Source: Anthoceros angustus (lineage: Eukaryota; Plantae; Anthocerotophyta). Taken from it: DNA of 64,000 nt. Below the pieces are notes generated by a model. The model saw only the letters and a program-made list of their open reading frames with translations, did not search any database and was not told the origin of the DNA. Shown here piece by piece: positions 23,060 to 35,886 of the stretch. The position numbers and the translations under genes were made by a program. Positions within the stretch are counted from its first letter, which is position 1; each line of letters begins with the position of its first letter. The stretch covers positions 1,860,001 to 1,924,000 of the forward strand of contig MU008162.1 of NCBI GenBank assembly GCA_010909165.1, given 5' to 3'.

Positions 23060-24685
23060 TCCGCCTCCCCCCTCCCTTCTTCACCACCATCTGCCACGCA
23101 CAAGGACAAACACCCACCATCCTCTTCGGCTCTCAAGCCTCACAATAACAAGGCCTGGGCTGGACAATGTGGGCTCCTACATAACTGAACACTGAAACAA
23201 GCTCTCATGCTGCTTCATACATGCTCCTTCACACTGAATAGAGCAGAAAGAAAGATGCAGTCCCACAAAGACCCTGAATACTGCTGAAGGTCTCACACCT
23301 GCTCAACACTGAAACAAGATATCACATCTGAAAGAACATCTCCCAAACTCACACGATATCCTCAAAGAAGGTTTTCCAATCTCACACGATCTCCTGAATA
23401 CAGAAACAAGAAGGCCTCCCACTTCCTGAATCCTCAAAGGAATTCTCACATCTCTAACAATCCCCGACGAGGAAGAGGAAGGAGGCTCGATATTGAAAGA
23501 GGCCTGAATTGCAAACAACTCTCACGCTTACAATCCTCAGCGAAACGAAAGAACTAACAATCATGTACGAACAGGCGGCGGAGGCTCCATGCATTGAAAG
23601 AAACTGCAACTGAAAGAAGGTCTCGCGCTTTATGCTGGTGGGTTACATGGAGCGCTCGCGGAACCCAGAGGCGACACAACCAACAGCAGGGGTGGGGAAG
23701 GCAGGGGAAGAGAGATTTGCGTGCGGGGAAGGAGAACGGGAGGGCAATTGCGTGCGGGGGCGAGAGACGGTGCTGCCGTTGATAAAAAACACCAACTGCT
23801 GGGTTCCCAGCAGCGAGAAAGGAGAAGAGGAGGGCGCAGCGAGACGCGGGATAGATATGCCACCAAATCCTGGGTTACAGCACGCTAATAGGGCTGCATC
23901 TGGGACGAGATGCGAAGTTGCGGGCTAAGTGGGCGGAGCTGGCGTGCGCACTGGCAGGAAAGGGAGCTCGTGAGCTGGGCCAGACGTGCGCCGGCGGGGC
24001 TGCAACAAGTAAGCCGCTCCGCCATAGCCGGATGCGGAGCTCGAGGTGGGGGCCCCGCCTATTCTGCCTTCCCCCAAGCTCAACCCTCTCAAACGCCATG
24101 TGTGCCAGGCAAACCACAGCCTCGGAATCGGCAATCCAGGCGTGCGTTTTTTTATAACGCGGAATCTCCCATTCCCGTTCCGTTCCCGCATTCTACTATT
24201 ATCCGATCTCGCCAGCCTGGGTAAGAACAGTGGATCGCACTCGCTGGGAAAACTGCACGGACTTTGCGTTTGCTGCAAACGCAATGACAGTGAAAATGGA
24301 CAGGGAGGAGCCGGAATGAAGAATGAACTGACCGCAGAGAAATGCACACACGATACGTCTCAAGATTCCTGTTGTGAACACTCCACCTGTGGAGTGGACG
24401 ACGGTCGACTCAATGTCGCTGCCCTAAGGAAGGGTCGGGAAGGAGATTCCACTCCTTTGTAGAATGTGAAACGCAACTGCGTACCGTCTGTAGATCGGGT
24501 GAATGAATCTAGGTCGAGCTTAGTTCCGACTGTTAGACGTTTATTGGCTCAGTCGCGGGGAAGTATAGGCTGGTTGCTCGGCGCGGTCTCGGTCGCGGAG
24601 CTGCACGGGGAGCGGTGACGAGTGAGATGCAGCTCCGATTGATCGCCTGACGAGGTTGTAGCTGCGGATTCGAAGGTTCGGAGAC

Positions 24686-25661
24686 ATGGCGTCTCCGGAG
24701 AATGTAGGCTTAGGTGAGTCTGCGTTGGAGCTGCTCGAGGTGCTTGGTTTGTGGAAAGATCTCAGCTGGCTGGCAGCTGGTTGTGTTGGAGCTGGAATTT
24801 GGAAGATCGGTGTGGCTGTTGATGTTTCTAACGCTGTTGCGCTTGAGTTGATGAGTTCGATCTTCGTTGCGGTGTGTTTTTGAGTTTGGACGGATTCGGG
24901 GGACTGTCCAGGAGACTGAGTTTTGTGGACTTCGGGAGTAGGATAGGTTTGGTCATCCATTTTCGTGTGCTGGTTTTGGTGTTTTTGATGGATGTTTCTG
25001 CTTGTACGTCGTGTTGGAGTTGTTGTTCAGGGAAAGAATGTATTCAAGTGCAGTATTTGTAATCATAATGTCGCTGGAGGATGTTCTCTTACTACCATGA
25101 TGCCTGCCAGGTACAGAAGCAACTCCCCCGCCCGAGCCGGCGAAATTTTGGATCAGATACAGGTGGCCAATTCGGTTCGTTCTTGCGGCCAACGTCGCCA
25201 TGGGCGGTGAGTGATTACTGTGGCCGTCCTTGCTTGCTGTGAGGGGCCTTGAAACAGCTACTTCTATCGTTGTTCTTTGTTCATGCCGGAATTGATGTGG
25301 TGGTGGTTACTGTCATGTGTTCACAGCTTATTTCTTATTTTCCAATGTCGCAAAACAACGCGGGAAGCTCAAAGCCGAACACCCGAAGAGGTCTGAGAGG
25401 AAGGTAGTTTCTCCGGATAAGACTGCTGCTGTGGCTCAAGAGTCAACTCTGGAGACGACCACAGAACCAATACCAGCAGTTAAGTTTGTGCCAAGAGCAA
25501 AGCCACCTGTGACTCCGGAGCAGCAGAGGGAAATTCTTCAGTACATTCTGGATGAAAAGCGGAAGCTGAAGCCCAGGACGAAGAAGGAGAAAGCTAAACT
25601 GAATGAAGAAAAAGCCCTGCTGAAGCATCTGCTCCGAAGTGGGGAATTGCCTGCTATCTGA
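24686..25661 (+). CDS. Small 3-exon plant protein with one hydrophobic segment and basic C-terminal domain; join(24686..24713,25111..25206,25327..25661), 152 aa
   Basis: Canonical GT-AG splicing keeps the frame (459 nt): ...RWPIRFVLAANVAMGAYFLF...PVTPEQQREILQYILDEKRKLKP...EEKALLKHLLRS. Exon 1 is the least certain. Confidence 0.7.
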
Positions 25662-26098
25662 ATCGACGGAAGCAACCAGCTTCAAACAGGCAAAAGTCTT
25701 GGACTGTAACTCGAGCATCGAGTATATGCAAACGTCACCCAGGAGTGGAAGATGATCGCTTGGTAGGAAGTCAGAACAGTGTCACGCACTTTTCTTTGCT
25801 ATTGGATTTCGCGAACTGCCTCATTCCACCAGATTGTATTATCATTCCGTGTCTGTTCCTTCAGGAACTGACTCGCCGGGACAATTGAGAGAAATATCCC
25901 ACATGGGGCGCCTCGGTTGCGTGCACAGGGTGGTGTACTTCGTTCTCTCAGGCACCAAAATGTCCACCACAGATGGCTGAGCGGAATGGGCTCAAAGCCA
26001 TTCAATATTGGAACGGGACTTGCGAGCAAGCCTGGCCAGTGGCCTCTACTTGCATAAACATTCTCCTTTCTTCAAGACACTGTATCTACGCTCTGTCT

Positions 26099-29000
26099 CT
26101 ACCCACATGAACTACCTCCTACAGAAATGCCCACCCATGACTCCGAGTCCAGATGTCTCGCATACCCAGCGTTCTTCATTTCGGAAATGAGCTGTTTCAG
26201 CCTTGCATACACAGCTTCTCTCTCAGGGTGTTTTTTATCCCCGACCAAGAAAGTGTGCACTATGCCGTCCGTGTCTGTCCACCAGCTCTGGCCCGGCTCC
26301 TTCCAGGCCTTCATTCCAGTTCTCCTGGCCTGCATCTCCTCTGCCTGCTCCCACATGTTGGCACTTTTGTATATGTTTGACATCAACACGTATGCGGCAG
26401 TATCGTTCTCGTCCAGCTTCACTGCTTCCTGAAAAGCATGAAGTCCCACCTCCACATTGCTCCACATTCGACAAGCACCCAGTAGGCTGTGCCAGACTGC
26501 AGAGTCGGGCCGTATAGGCATTGTGCTAACCAAATCCAGTGCCTCGTCCAGCAGGCCTGCACGACCCAGGAGATCCATCATGGTTGTGTAGTGCCCAACT
26601 GTGGGACTGCTGCCGTACTGTTTGGTCATGGCCTCGAAGTACTCTCTCCCATCCTTCACTAGACCGGCATGACTGCATACTGTTAGGACACTTAGGAAGG
26701 TGACGCCCGTTGGCTGTATGCCATCATCTCTCATTCTGCGAAACAAGTCAAAGACCACTTCACTGTCTCCTTGACGGCTGTAGCCTGCAATCAAGGCATT
26801 CCAGGCCACGACATCTCTTTTGGGCAGAGTCTCAAACACTTGCTGTGCATGAAACATGCTCCCAGACTTTGCATACATATTTATCAAACTGATCGCTACA
26901 AGCACATCAGATTGGAGCCCCTGTTGTGTGATCTGTGCATGAAGCTGCTTTCCCAGACGCAAAGCTGCCACGTTTGCACAAGCCTGGAGGAGGCACACAA
27001 ATGTTACAGCATCGGGTGCAACAACGGCTTCTTTTTGCATAGCTCTGTAAAGACGAAGTGCTTCCTGCCCCATACCCTGCTGGGCATAGCCTCCAATCAT
27101 GGCGTTCCACATCACCACATCTTTATGAGGCAACCCATCAAACACGCCCTGAGCATCTTCCAAGTTGCCACGATTTACATATCCTGCTATCAGAGCGGTC
27201 CATGTCACCACATTCTTTTTTCCAAGTCCGTCAAACACTCTTTGGGCATCTTCCAAGCTGCCACACTTTGCATACATGTTCACCAGGCTGCCGCCTACTT
27301 TCACATCAGTCTGAAGGCCTCGTTCTCCAATCTGTGTATGTAGCTGTTTCCCAGTCTCCAAAGCAGGTGCACCCACAGTTGCACATGCCTGCAGGAGAGA
27401 CACAAATGTTACAGAATCAGGCACAGCAGTGCTTTCTTCTCGCATTGCATTGTAAATGTGAAGAGCTTCCTCTCCCATGCCCTGCTGAGCGTATCCTGCT
27501 ATCAGGGCTGTCCACGTCACCACATTCTTTTGACCAATTCCGTCAAACACTCTTTGGGCATCTTCCAAGCTGCCACATTTTGCATACATATCCACCAGAC
27601 AGCTACAAACGAATAGATCAGGCTCAACCCCGCTGGCCAACACATCAGCATGCAACTGCTGCCCGGTTGTTAAGTCTCTTGCCCTTGCACAAGCCTGAAG
27701 GGCTGCTGCAAAGATATGGCCGTCTGGATTCACACTTGACCTGCGCATCTGATGATAGAGTTGTATGGCCTGGTTATCTTGCCCGTGTTTGACATGTGCA
27801 GAGATTAGCGAAGACCAAATGAAGGCGTCTGGTTTGGTGACCATGGTGAACACGTCCATCGCTTCTTGCAAACTGTCATGAGTAGCATACATTCGCAACA
27901 TACAGTTGGACAAGAAGGTGTCCGACTTGTACTGCCCTCTCATAATGAGAGCATGGACACAACGACCCAGAACCAGATCCTTCTGAAGCCCACATCTTTT
28001 CAACACAGTATAAAAGAGGGATCGTGGAATATGACGGTGTGTTTGTACCAAAACTCCTAGAGCCTCAACAGCCTCAGCAAGGTGCTCCTGCTGACATAGT
28101 TTCCTCACAGTATCAGCCGTTATGCCGCTTTCAAGTTCTGTAGGCCTCCGACAGTCATGATCATGTGGCACATTCAAGTTGTTAGTACAACCCATCTGCT
28201 TATCCACAGCTACAAGCTGCACGTCTTTCTTCATTTTCTGGATCAGCCGTTCCAGCATTGCATATATACCTTCACTCTCAGGATGCTTTGCATCCCCAAC
28301 CAAAAAGCTGTGCACCAGTCCGTCCATGTCTGTCCACCAGCTCTGGCCTGGCTCCTTCCACGCCCCAATACCTGTTCTCCTCTCCTGCATCTCCTGTGCC
28401 TGCTGCCACATCTTGGCACCCCTATATATGTTCGACATCAACATATATGCTGCAGTATCGTTTTTGTCTAGATTCACTGCTTCTTTGAATGCAAGAGTTC
28501 CCACTTCTACATTGCTCCACATTTGACAAGCACCTAGTAGAGTGTGCCAAACTGCAGCATCAGGAAGTAAAGGCATTGACCTTACCAAAGCTAGTGCCTC
28601 GTCCAGTTGGCCTGCACGACCCAAGAGATCCACCATGCATGTGTAGTGCTCCACGGTGGGAGAGATGCCATGGTGCCTGCTCATAGCCTCAAAGTACTCT
28701 TGCCCCCTCTTCACTAGACCTGCATGACTGCATACTGTTAGCAGACCAACGAACGTGACGCCAGTTGGCTGAGTGCCATCCTCTCTCATTCTGTTAAACA
28801 AGTCAAAGACCACTTCAGTGTCTACCTGATGGCTGTAGCCTGCAATGAGTGCATTCCAGGCGACGACACCTTTTTCGGGCAATGCCTCGAACACCTGCTG
28901 CGCGCGGACCATGCTCCCACACTTTGCATACATATTTATCAAACTGACAGCAACAGGCACATCAGCCTGAAGTCCTTGTTCTACAATCTGAGCATGGAGC

Positions 29001-30565
29001 TGCTTTCCGACATGCAAAGCTGCGACATCTGCACATGCCTGCAGGAGGCACACAAATGTCACAGCATTCGGTGCAATAATGCCTTCGTCCTGCATACCCC
29101 TGTACAAATGAAGGGCTTCCTGCCCCATGCCCTGCTGGGAATATCCTGCAATCATGGCATTCCACGTCGCGACGTTCTTGTGAGGGAGCCTGTCAAACAC
29201 TTTCTGCGCGTCTTCCAAGCTGCCACACTTCACGCATCCTGCTATCAGAGCATTGCACGTTGCCACATCCTTGTGAGGGAGTTTGTCAAAGACCCTTTGA
29301 GCGTCTTCCAAGCTGCCACATTTAGCATACATGTCTACCAAGCTGCAGCCTACTACCAAATCAGCCTGAAGTCCCTGTTCTCCAATTTGTGCGTGAAGCT
29401 GTTTTCCCTGTTCCAAAGCCAGGCTTCCCACACTAGCACATGCCTGCAGGAGGCACACAAAGGTAACACAATTGGGTGCAGCAAAGCCGTCTTGTTGCAT
29501 GGCATCGTAGAGCTGAAGGGCTTGCTGACCTTTACCCTGCTGGGCATATCCTGCTATCAGAGCTGTCCAAGTTACCACATTTTTGCGACCAAGTCCATCG
29601 AACACTCTTTGCGCTTCTTCCAAGCTGCCACATTTTGCGTACATGTCCACCAATCCACTACTAACAAACAGATCAGGTTCACCGCCACTCGCCAACACAT
29701 CTGCATGCACCTGCTGCCCAGTTTCCAAGTCTGCCCCCTTCGCACAAGCCTGAAGGGCTGCTACAAACACATGGCCGTCGGGCTTCACACTTGACCTGCG
29801 CAGCCGATGGTACAATTGTATGGCCTGACCATCCTGTCCGTGTTCAACATGCGCAGAGATTATGGAAGACCACATGAAGGCATCTGGTTTACATACCACG
29901 GTAAACACGTCCATTGCTTCTTGCAAGCTGGCATGAGTAGCATACATCCGCAGGATGTGGTTGCACAAGAAGGTGTCCGACTCATACCCCCCTTTCACAG
30001 TCAGAGCATGGACCCGACGACCCAGAACCAGAAGCTTCTGACTCACACATCCTTTCAGCACAGTATACAAGAGGGATTGAGAAACATGATAGTCTGTCTC
30101 CACCAGAACTCCCAGGCCCTCAACAGCCTCGCTAAACTGCCCCTGTTGACATAGATGGCTCACCGTATCAGCCGTTACATCTGTCTCGTATCCTGCAGGC
30201 CTGCGAAGTCCAAGATCATTCCGCATGTTCCAGTTGGAAGTAGTGGCCCGACGACCCATCCGCATATCCACAGCTGCCAGCTGCACATCGACCCAACCTG
30301 GCTTGTCCCAGAGGACCTCCTGGGACTCACAGCTCTGCCGGAAAACGGCCTCGTCACATCCTGAAGTCAGACCAGCCAACCAATTTTCCCTGTTCGGATC
30401 CAGGAAACCCGTTGCCACCCGAGGCCGTGTGCCCCTGTATGCGGATGTAGTGCAATGGGCCAAGCAGCCATGATTAGCACAAGCACATCGTGAAAATATG
30501 GAGACCCCAACACCCAATTCCCCTACGCCAGCTCCAGCGCAAGCTGAACCAAGTGTCCAAATCAT
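26099..30565 (-). CDS. PLS-class PPR protein with two complete PLS-E1-E2-E+ modules in one ORF (~1488 aa); putative organellar RNA-editing factor, no DYW domain
   Basis: Repeated P/L/S motifs. Two E/E+ regions, each with EHY/GHYTxMxDLLGRAG and KEPGQSWWTD...HxFLVGD. First ATG at 30565 within the ORF 26099-30589. Confidence 0.92.
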   Translation of the reverse strand: MIWTLGSACAGAGVGELGVGVSIFSRCACANHGCLAHCTTSAYRGTRPRVATGFLDPNRENWLAGLTSGCDEAVFRQSCESQEVLWDKPGWVDVQLAAVDMRMGRRATTSNWNMRNDLGLRRPAGYETDVTADTVSHLCQQGQFSEAVEGLGVLVETDYHVSQSLLYTVLKGCVSQKLLVLGRRVHALTVKGGYESDTFLCNHILRMYATHASLQEAMDVFTVVCKPDAFMWSSIISAHVEHGQDGQAIQLYHRLRRSSVKPDGHVFVAALQACAKGADLETGQQVHADVLASGGEPDLFVSSGLVDMYAKCGSLEEAQRVFDGLGRKNVVTWTALIAGYAQQGKGQQALQLYDAMQQDGFAAPNCVTFVCLLQACASVGSLALEQGKQLHAQIGEQGLQADLVVGCSLVDMYAKCGSLEDAQRVFDKLPHKDVATCNALIAGCVKCGSLEDAQKVFDRLPHKNVATWNAMIAGYSQQGMGQEALHLYRGMQDEGIIAPNAVTFVCLLQACADVAALHVGKQLHAQIVEQGLQADVPVAVSLINMYAKCGSMVRAQQVFEALPEKGVVAWNALIAGYSHQVDTEVVFDLFNRMREDGTQPTGVTFVGLLTVCSHAGLVKRGQEYFEAMSRHHGISPTVEHYTCMVDLLGRAGQLDEALALVRSMPLLPDAAVWHTLLGACQMWSNVEVGTLAFKEAVNLDKNDTAAYMLMSNIYRGAKMWQQAQEMQERRTGIGAWKEPGQSWWTDMDGLVHSFLVGDAKHPESEGIYAMLERLIQKMKKDVQLVAVDKQMGCTNNLNVPHDHDCRRPTELESGITADTVRKLCQQEHLAEAVEALGVLVQTHRHIPRSLFYTVLKRCGLQKDLVLGRCVHALIMRGQYKSDTFLSNCMLRMYATHDSLQEAMDVFTMVTKPDAFIWSSLISAHVKHGQDNQAIQLYHQMRRSSVNPDGHIFAAALQACARARDLTTGQQLHADVLASGVEPDLFVCSCLVDMYAKCGSLEDAQRVFDGIGQKNVVTWTALIAGYAQQGMGEEALHIYNAMREESTAVPDSVTFVSLLQACATVGAPALETGKQLHTQIGERGLQTDVKVGGSLVNMYAKCGSLEDAQRVFDGLGKKNVVTWTALIAGYVNRGNLEDAQGVFDGLPHKDVVMWNAMIGGYAQQGMGQEALRLYRAMQKEAVVAPDAVTFVCLLQACANVAALRLGKQLHAQITQQGLQSDVLVAISLINMYAKSGSMFHAQQVFETLPKRDVVAWNALIAGYSRQGDSEVVFDLFRRMRDDGIQPTGVTFLSVLTVCSHAGLVKDGREYFEAMTKQYGSSPTVGHYTTMMDLLGRAGLLDEALDLVSTMPIRPDSAVWHSLLGACRMWSNVEVGLHAFQEAVKLDENDTAAYVLMSNIYKSANMWEQAEEMQARRTGMKAWKEPGQSWWTDTDGIVHTFLVGDKKHPEREAVYARLKQLISEMKNAGYARHLDSESWVGISVGGSSCG

Positions 30566-31194
30566 AGTGCCCACATTCTTGCACAGCAATATTCAAGGTT
30601 TCCATCCAGTGTACATATCTTCACGATACCCAAACTGCTGCTTCTTCATGAACTGCACATGGTGCACACCTAGCTGCACAGCAGTGCGCAGGATACAGTC
30701 TGTTGGCTATCTCCTTCACTTGCGTTGATATAACCTCCTGGTTGGAGATCCTATGTCAATTTGTTGCTCTGCATGGAAGTTGGATAAATGTGCAACATTC
30801 TGCTCGTTGAGGTTGGACAACACATGCAGGCAATCTAGGATCTCAATCTTGCTCTTTGGCAGCCAGAGATGCAGATGTTCAGTGTGGAATGGAGGGCCCC
30901 TTCATAATCGGAGCTATGATGCATCCAGTGATCTAACTTCTGGCCCTGAGCACCTAGATCAAATTGAAAGATTACTCCACCTCCAGACGAGCGAGGTTAT
31001 GCCCCAAATCATACGAGGGCAACCCTCAAGTGTGCGGTCCTTCTTCGATCTTAAAGCGATGCTATGTTATGGACTCTCGGATAACCAATAAGTAGGAGCC
31101 TTTCGGTTGATAACCCTCAATCCCAAATTCTCAAGGCAAATCTCAGATTGAGCCGATTGAACTTGTTCGTGACATCTGAGTCATGTCGGAAGCC

Positions 31195-31410
31195 ATGTGG
31201 CTTAGGCCAAAACGGACACACATTTATAAGAACGCCGTGATTAAGCATCCTGAGCTTAGATCGGTACTTAGATGGGGTGCCTAAAGGGAGTGGATGCCCT
31301 TGGTGCAAGTAGCTTAGGCACACCTTGGTACAAGTTGTTAAGTACCAAGTCCCATGACGGAAATCCGTCTTAGTGGACTAAAATAAAATTCTTCTTCATC
31401 TTCTTCATGT
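31195..31410 (+). mobile_element. Copy of the microsatellite-tailed dispersed element (duplicated at ~35533-35755)
   Basis: ...gatggggtgcctaaagggagtggatgcccttggtgcaagtagcttaggcacacc...gtggactaaaataaaa(ttc)n. Confidence 0.7.
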
Positions 31411-31542
31411 GTCAGTTGAGGGGACTTCAAAAAAATTCATCATCTTCATGTGTCAGTTGAGGCAGTGGAAGATGATGGCGAAATTCACCCGTGTACATGT
31501 GACAAAAAATACAACTTTTTTGTCCTCTTTTATGGACATCTC

Positions 31543-31616
31543 GTCTGGGTGGTGTAGTTGGTCATCACGCTAGTCTCACACACTAGAGGTCCCCGGTTCG
31601 AACCCGGGCTCAGACA
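31543..31616 (+). tRNA. tRNA-Val (anticodon CAC)
   Basis: GTCTGGG acceptor stem pairing with CTCAGAC, anticodon arm CTAGT-CTCACAC-ACTAG, TTCGAAC T-loop, downstream T-tract. Confidence 0.97.
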
Positions 31617-32269
31617 GTATGGCAAGCGAGTTCTTTTATTTTAAGCTTACCGTCTTGTTTGCGGTTTGATCTTGCTATTCTAGCGGCCGGTGCAAAAGGT
31701 TGGTGATTGAGTATTGACCAGATTGCGCTACAAAAGAAGCGATGATCTAATAAGAATTGGGGATATCGAAACTGGACAAACGAAGCCATAATGTAATCAG
31801 AACTGGGGATGTCGAAACTGGATAGATGCTGGGCTGTCGGAATGCCGAGAACGTGCCTCTCCGGTGGCCACTCGGTGGATCATCCTCTTCCAGTTGCTGC
31901 AGGCCAATCCAAATCCATTGTAGAGACGCTCGGACGAGACTGTGGAGCTGCTGCTGCTCAATAGTTGAACCCACGTGCACCTCATCATCGATGTCGGCAG
32001 ATGCTACCAGAATCTGCCTCATTCTATTGGTCAGACTGCGGCTTGCGTCCCCGGACAGCGGCTTGCATCCCCTGGCCTGCCTGGACTGCGCTGATTGCCG
32101 GCATTCTCCTGACATTCCCTATATCAATTCGATACACGTGTTTTGGCAAAATTTTACAGGCTGTGCCCGGGCAAGCTGGAGGCTGATGTGGCGGATGCCC
32201 TCAATAATGGAGTCTGTAACACAAGTCTGTCTATATGGGAGCGGAAATCCACATCCTGGAGAGGCGTGA

Positions 32270-33033
32270 ATGACACAGGTCTTGGACGATGGGAAGTTAC
32301 TCGCCCTCGCCCAGGTTGCGGCTCTCACAATCCTCTTGGCTGCCATCGCTCGTAAGCAGGAGATGGAGAAGCTGAAACTCCTACGAATTTCAAACGCTCT
32401 TCACGTTGCTGCTGCTCAGTGCAGCAATGCAGAATTGGGAATGATGGGTTGCGGCTCCTGCAGGTGCAGACGCCGTAAGGCCCGCCATCTTCGTCTTCGG
32501 CGACTCGTACGGGGACACTGGGAATCGCAACCGGACGGACCCTCTGTTTAATCAGCCATGGCAGCAGCCGTACGGCATCGGCTGGCCTGGGCGCCCTGCC
32601 GGCCGCGCCTCCGACGGCAGGGTGTCCACGGATTTCTAGGTACGTCCTTCGCAGCTGCTTTCAATCAGGCAATGCAGTCACCGAGAATTCGATAGACCTC
32701 TTCATGAGTTTCATACCAATGTGCGTTAATATGTCCCAGCTCCTCTCATAACATCCGCCAAGATCAAGGCTTACCAGTCAATCGCCAGCAGCACTCCGGC
32801 CAGGAGCATCAAGCACGGCGTCAATTTCGCTGTGGGCGGCTCGGGAACGTTCCCCTTCCTCTCGCTCACCTCGCTGTCCGGGCAGGTGGAGCAGCTGGAA
32901 GGCGTCCTCACCAAGTACCAAGGCCTGTATTCCCCGCCCGAGTCTGTGGTGATCTGGATGAGTGGAAACGACTACGGCTTCCTGCGATTAACAAACCCTA
33001 ATGCCACTCGAGCAGTGAGGCCTTCACACATCC
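32270..33033 (+). pseudogene. Truncated GDSL copy 1 (exons 1-3)
   Basis: Signal-peptide exon, FVFGDSYGDTGN exon and GVNFAVGGSG exon, then a jump into PPR-derived sequence. Confidence 0.85.
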
Positions 33034-33121
33034 TTTCAGCACAGTATACAAGAGGGATTGAGAAACATGATAGTCTGTCTATGTATATGGGAGCGGAAAT
33101 CCACATCCTGGAGAGGCGTGA

Positions 33122-35005
33122 ATGACACAGGTCTTGGACGATGGGAAGTTACTCGCCCTCGCCCAGGTTGCGGCTCTCACAATCCTCTTGGCTGCCATCG
33201 CTCGTAAGCAGGAGATGGAGAAGCTGAAACTCCTACGAATTTCAAACGCTCTTCACGTTGCTGCTGCTCAGTGCAGCAATGCAGAATTGGGAATGGGTTG
33301 CGGCTCCTGCAGGCCAATCCAAATCCATTGTAGAGACGCTCGGACGAGACTGTGGAGCTGCTGCTGCTCAATAGTTGAACCCACGTGCACCTCATCATCG
33401 ATGTCGGCAGATGCTACCAGAATCTGCCTCATTCTATTGGTCAGACTGCGGCTTGCGTCCCCGGACAGCGGCTTGCATCCCCTGGCCTGCCTGGACTGCG
33501 CTGATTGCCGGCATTCTCCTGACATTCCCTATATCAATTCGATACACGTGTTTTGGCAAAATTTTACAGGCTGTGCCCGGGCAAGCTGGAGGCTGATGTG
33601 GCGGATGCCCTCAATAATGGAGTCTGTAACACAAGTCTGTCTATATGGGAGCGGAAATCCACATCCTGGAGAGGCGTGAATGACACAGGTCTTGGACGAT
33701 GGGAAGTTACTCGCCCTCGCCCAGGTTGCGGCTCTCACAATCCTCTTGGCTGCCATCGCTCGTAAGCAGGAGATGGAGAAGCTGAAACTCCTACGAATTT
33801 CAAACGCTCTTCACGTTGCTGCTGCTCAGTGCAGCAATGCAGAATTGGGAATGATGGGTTGCGGCTCCTGCAGGTGCAGACGCCGTAAGGCCCGCCATCT
33901 TCGTCTTCGGCGACTCGTACGGGGACACTGGGAATCGCAACCGGACGGACCCTCTGTTTAATCAGCCATGGCAGCAGCCGTACGGCATCGGCTGGCCTGG
34001 GCGCCCTGCCGGCCGCGCCTCCGACGGCAGGGTGTCCACGGATTTCTAGGTACGTCCTTCGCAGCTGCTTTCAATCAGGCAATGCAGTCACCGAGAATTC
34101 GATAGACCTCTTCATGAGTTTCATACCAATGTGCGTTAATATGTCCCAGCTCCTCTCATAACATCCGCCAAGATCATTCCGCATGTTCCAGTTGCTGCAG
34201 GCCAATCCAAATCCATTGTAGAGACGCTCGGACGAGACTGTGGAGCTGCTGCTGCTCCAATAGTTGAACCCACGTGCACCTCATCATCGATGTCGGCAGA
34301 TGCTACCAGAATCTGCCTCATTCTATTGGTCAGACTGCGGCTTGCGTCCCCCGGACAGCGGCTTGCATCCCCTGGCCTGCCTGGACTGCGCTGATTGCCG
34401 GCATTCTCCTGACATTCCCTATATCAATTCGATACGTGTTTTGGCAAAATTTTACAGGCTGTGCCGGGCAAGCTGGAGGCTGATGTGGCGGATGCCCTCA
34501 ATAATGGAGTCTGTAACACAAGTCTGTCTATGTATATGGGAGCGGAAATCCACATCCTGGAGAGGCGTGAATGACACAGGTCTTGGACGATGGGAAGTTA
34601 CTCGCCCTCGCCCAGGTTGCGGCTCTCACAATCCTCTTGGCTGCCATCGCTCGTAAGCAGGAGATGGAGAAGCTGAAACTCCTACGAATTTCAAACGCTC
34701 TTCACGTTGCTGCTGCTCAGTGCAGCAATGCAGAATTGGGAATGGGTTGCGGCTCCTGCAGGTGCAGACGCCGTAAGGCCCGCCATCTTCGTCTTCGGCG
34801 ACTCGTACGGGGACACTGGGAATCGCAACCGGACGGACCCTCTGTTTAATCAGCCATGGCAGCAGCCGTACGGCATCGGCTGGCCTGGGCGCCCTGCCGG
34901 CCGCGCCTCCGACGGCAGGGTGTCCACGGATTTCTAGGTACGTCCTTCGCAGCTGCTTTCAATCAGGCAATGCAGTCACCGAGAATTCGATAGACCTCTT
35001 CATGA
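33122..35005 (+). pseudogene. Further truncated GDSL 5' copies (33122-33313, 33680-34176, 34571-35005)
   Basis: Near-identical repeats of exon 1, exon 2 and intron sequence, each ending at a microhomology junction. Confidence 0.85.
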
Positions 35006-35886
35006 ACTGCACATGGTGCACACCTAGCTGCACAGCAGTGCGCAGGATACAGTCTGTTGGCTATCTCCTTCACTTGCGTTGATATAACCTCCTGGTTGAG
35101 ATCCTATGTCAATTTGTTGCTCTGCATGGAAGTTGGATAAATGTGCAACATTCTGCTCGTTGAGGTTGGACAACACATGCAGGCAATCTAGGATCTCAAT
35201 CTTGCTCTTTGGCAGCCAGAGATGCAGATGTTCAGTGTGGAATGGAGGGCCCCTTCATAATCGGAGCTATGATGCATCCAGTGATCTAACTTCTGGCCCT
35301 GAGCACCTAGATCAAATTGAAAGATTACTCCACCTCCAGACGAGCGAGGTTATGCCCCAAATCATACGAGGGCAACCTCAAGTGTGCGGTCCTTCTTCGA
35401 TCTTAAAGCGATGCTATGTTATGGACTCTCGGATAACCAATAAGTAGGAGCCTTTCGGTTGATAACCCTCAATCCCAAATTCTCAAGGCAAATCTCAGAT
35501 TGAGCCGATTGAACTTGTTCGTGACATCTGAGTCATGTCGGAAGCCATGTGGCTTAGGCCAAAACGGACACACATTTATAAGAACGCCGTGATTAAGCAT
35601 CCTGAGCTTAGATCGGTACTTAGATGGGGTGCCTAAAGGAGTGGATGCCCTTGGTGCAAGTAGCTTAGGCACACCTTGGTACAAGTTGTTAGTACCAAGT
35701 CCCATGACGGAAATCCGTCTTAGTGGACTAAAATAAAATTCTTCTTCATCTTCTTCATGTGTCAGTTGAGGGACTTCAAAAATTCATCATCTTCATGTGT
35801 CAGTTGAGGCAGTGGAAGATGATGGCGAAATTCACCGTGTACATGTGACAAAAATACAACTTTTTGTCCTCTTTTATGGACATCTC

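Noticed and set aside
21725-23195. 487-aa plus-strand ORF opposite GHL10
   Set aside because: Antisense shadow; the minus frame holds all the conserved motifs.
24541-25201. Minus-strand S/T/P-rich ORFs (139 aa and 82 aa)
   Set aside because: They are antisense to exon 1/intron 1 of a plus-strand spliced gene with canonical, frame-preserving splice sites.
25790-26100. DYW deaminase domain after the PPR E+ region
   Set aside because: A stop follows GYARHLD..., and no HxE/CxxC or DYW motif was found in the frames I read.
31747-32269. ORFs upstream of GDSL (147 aa plus, 122 aa minus), repeated in each duplicate
   Set aside because: No family signal; they recur only because of the segmental amplification.
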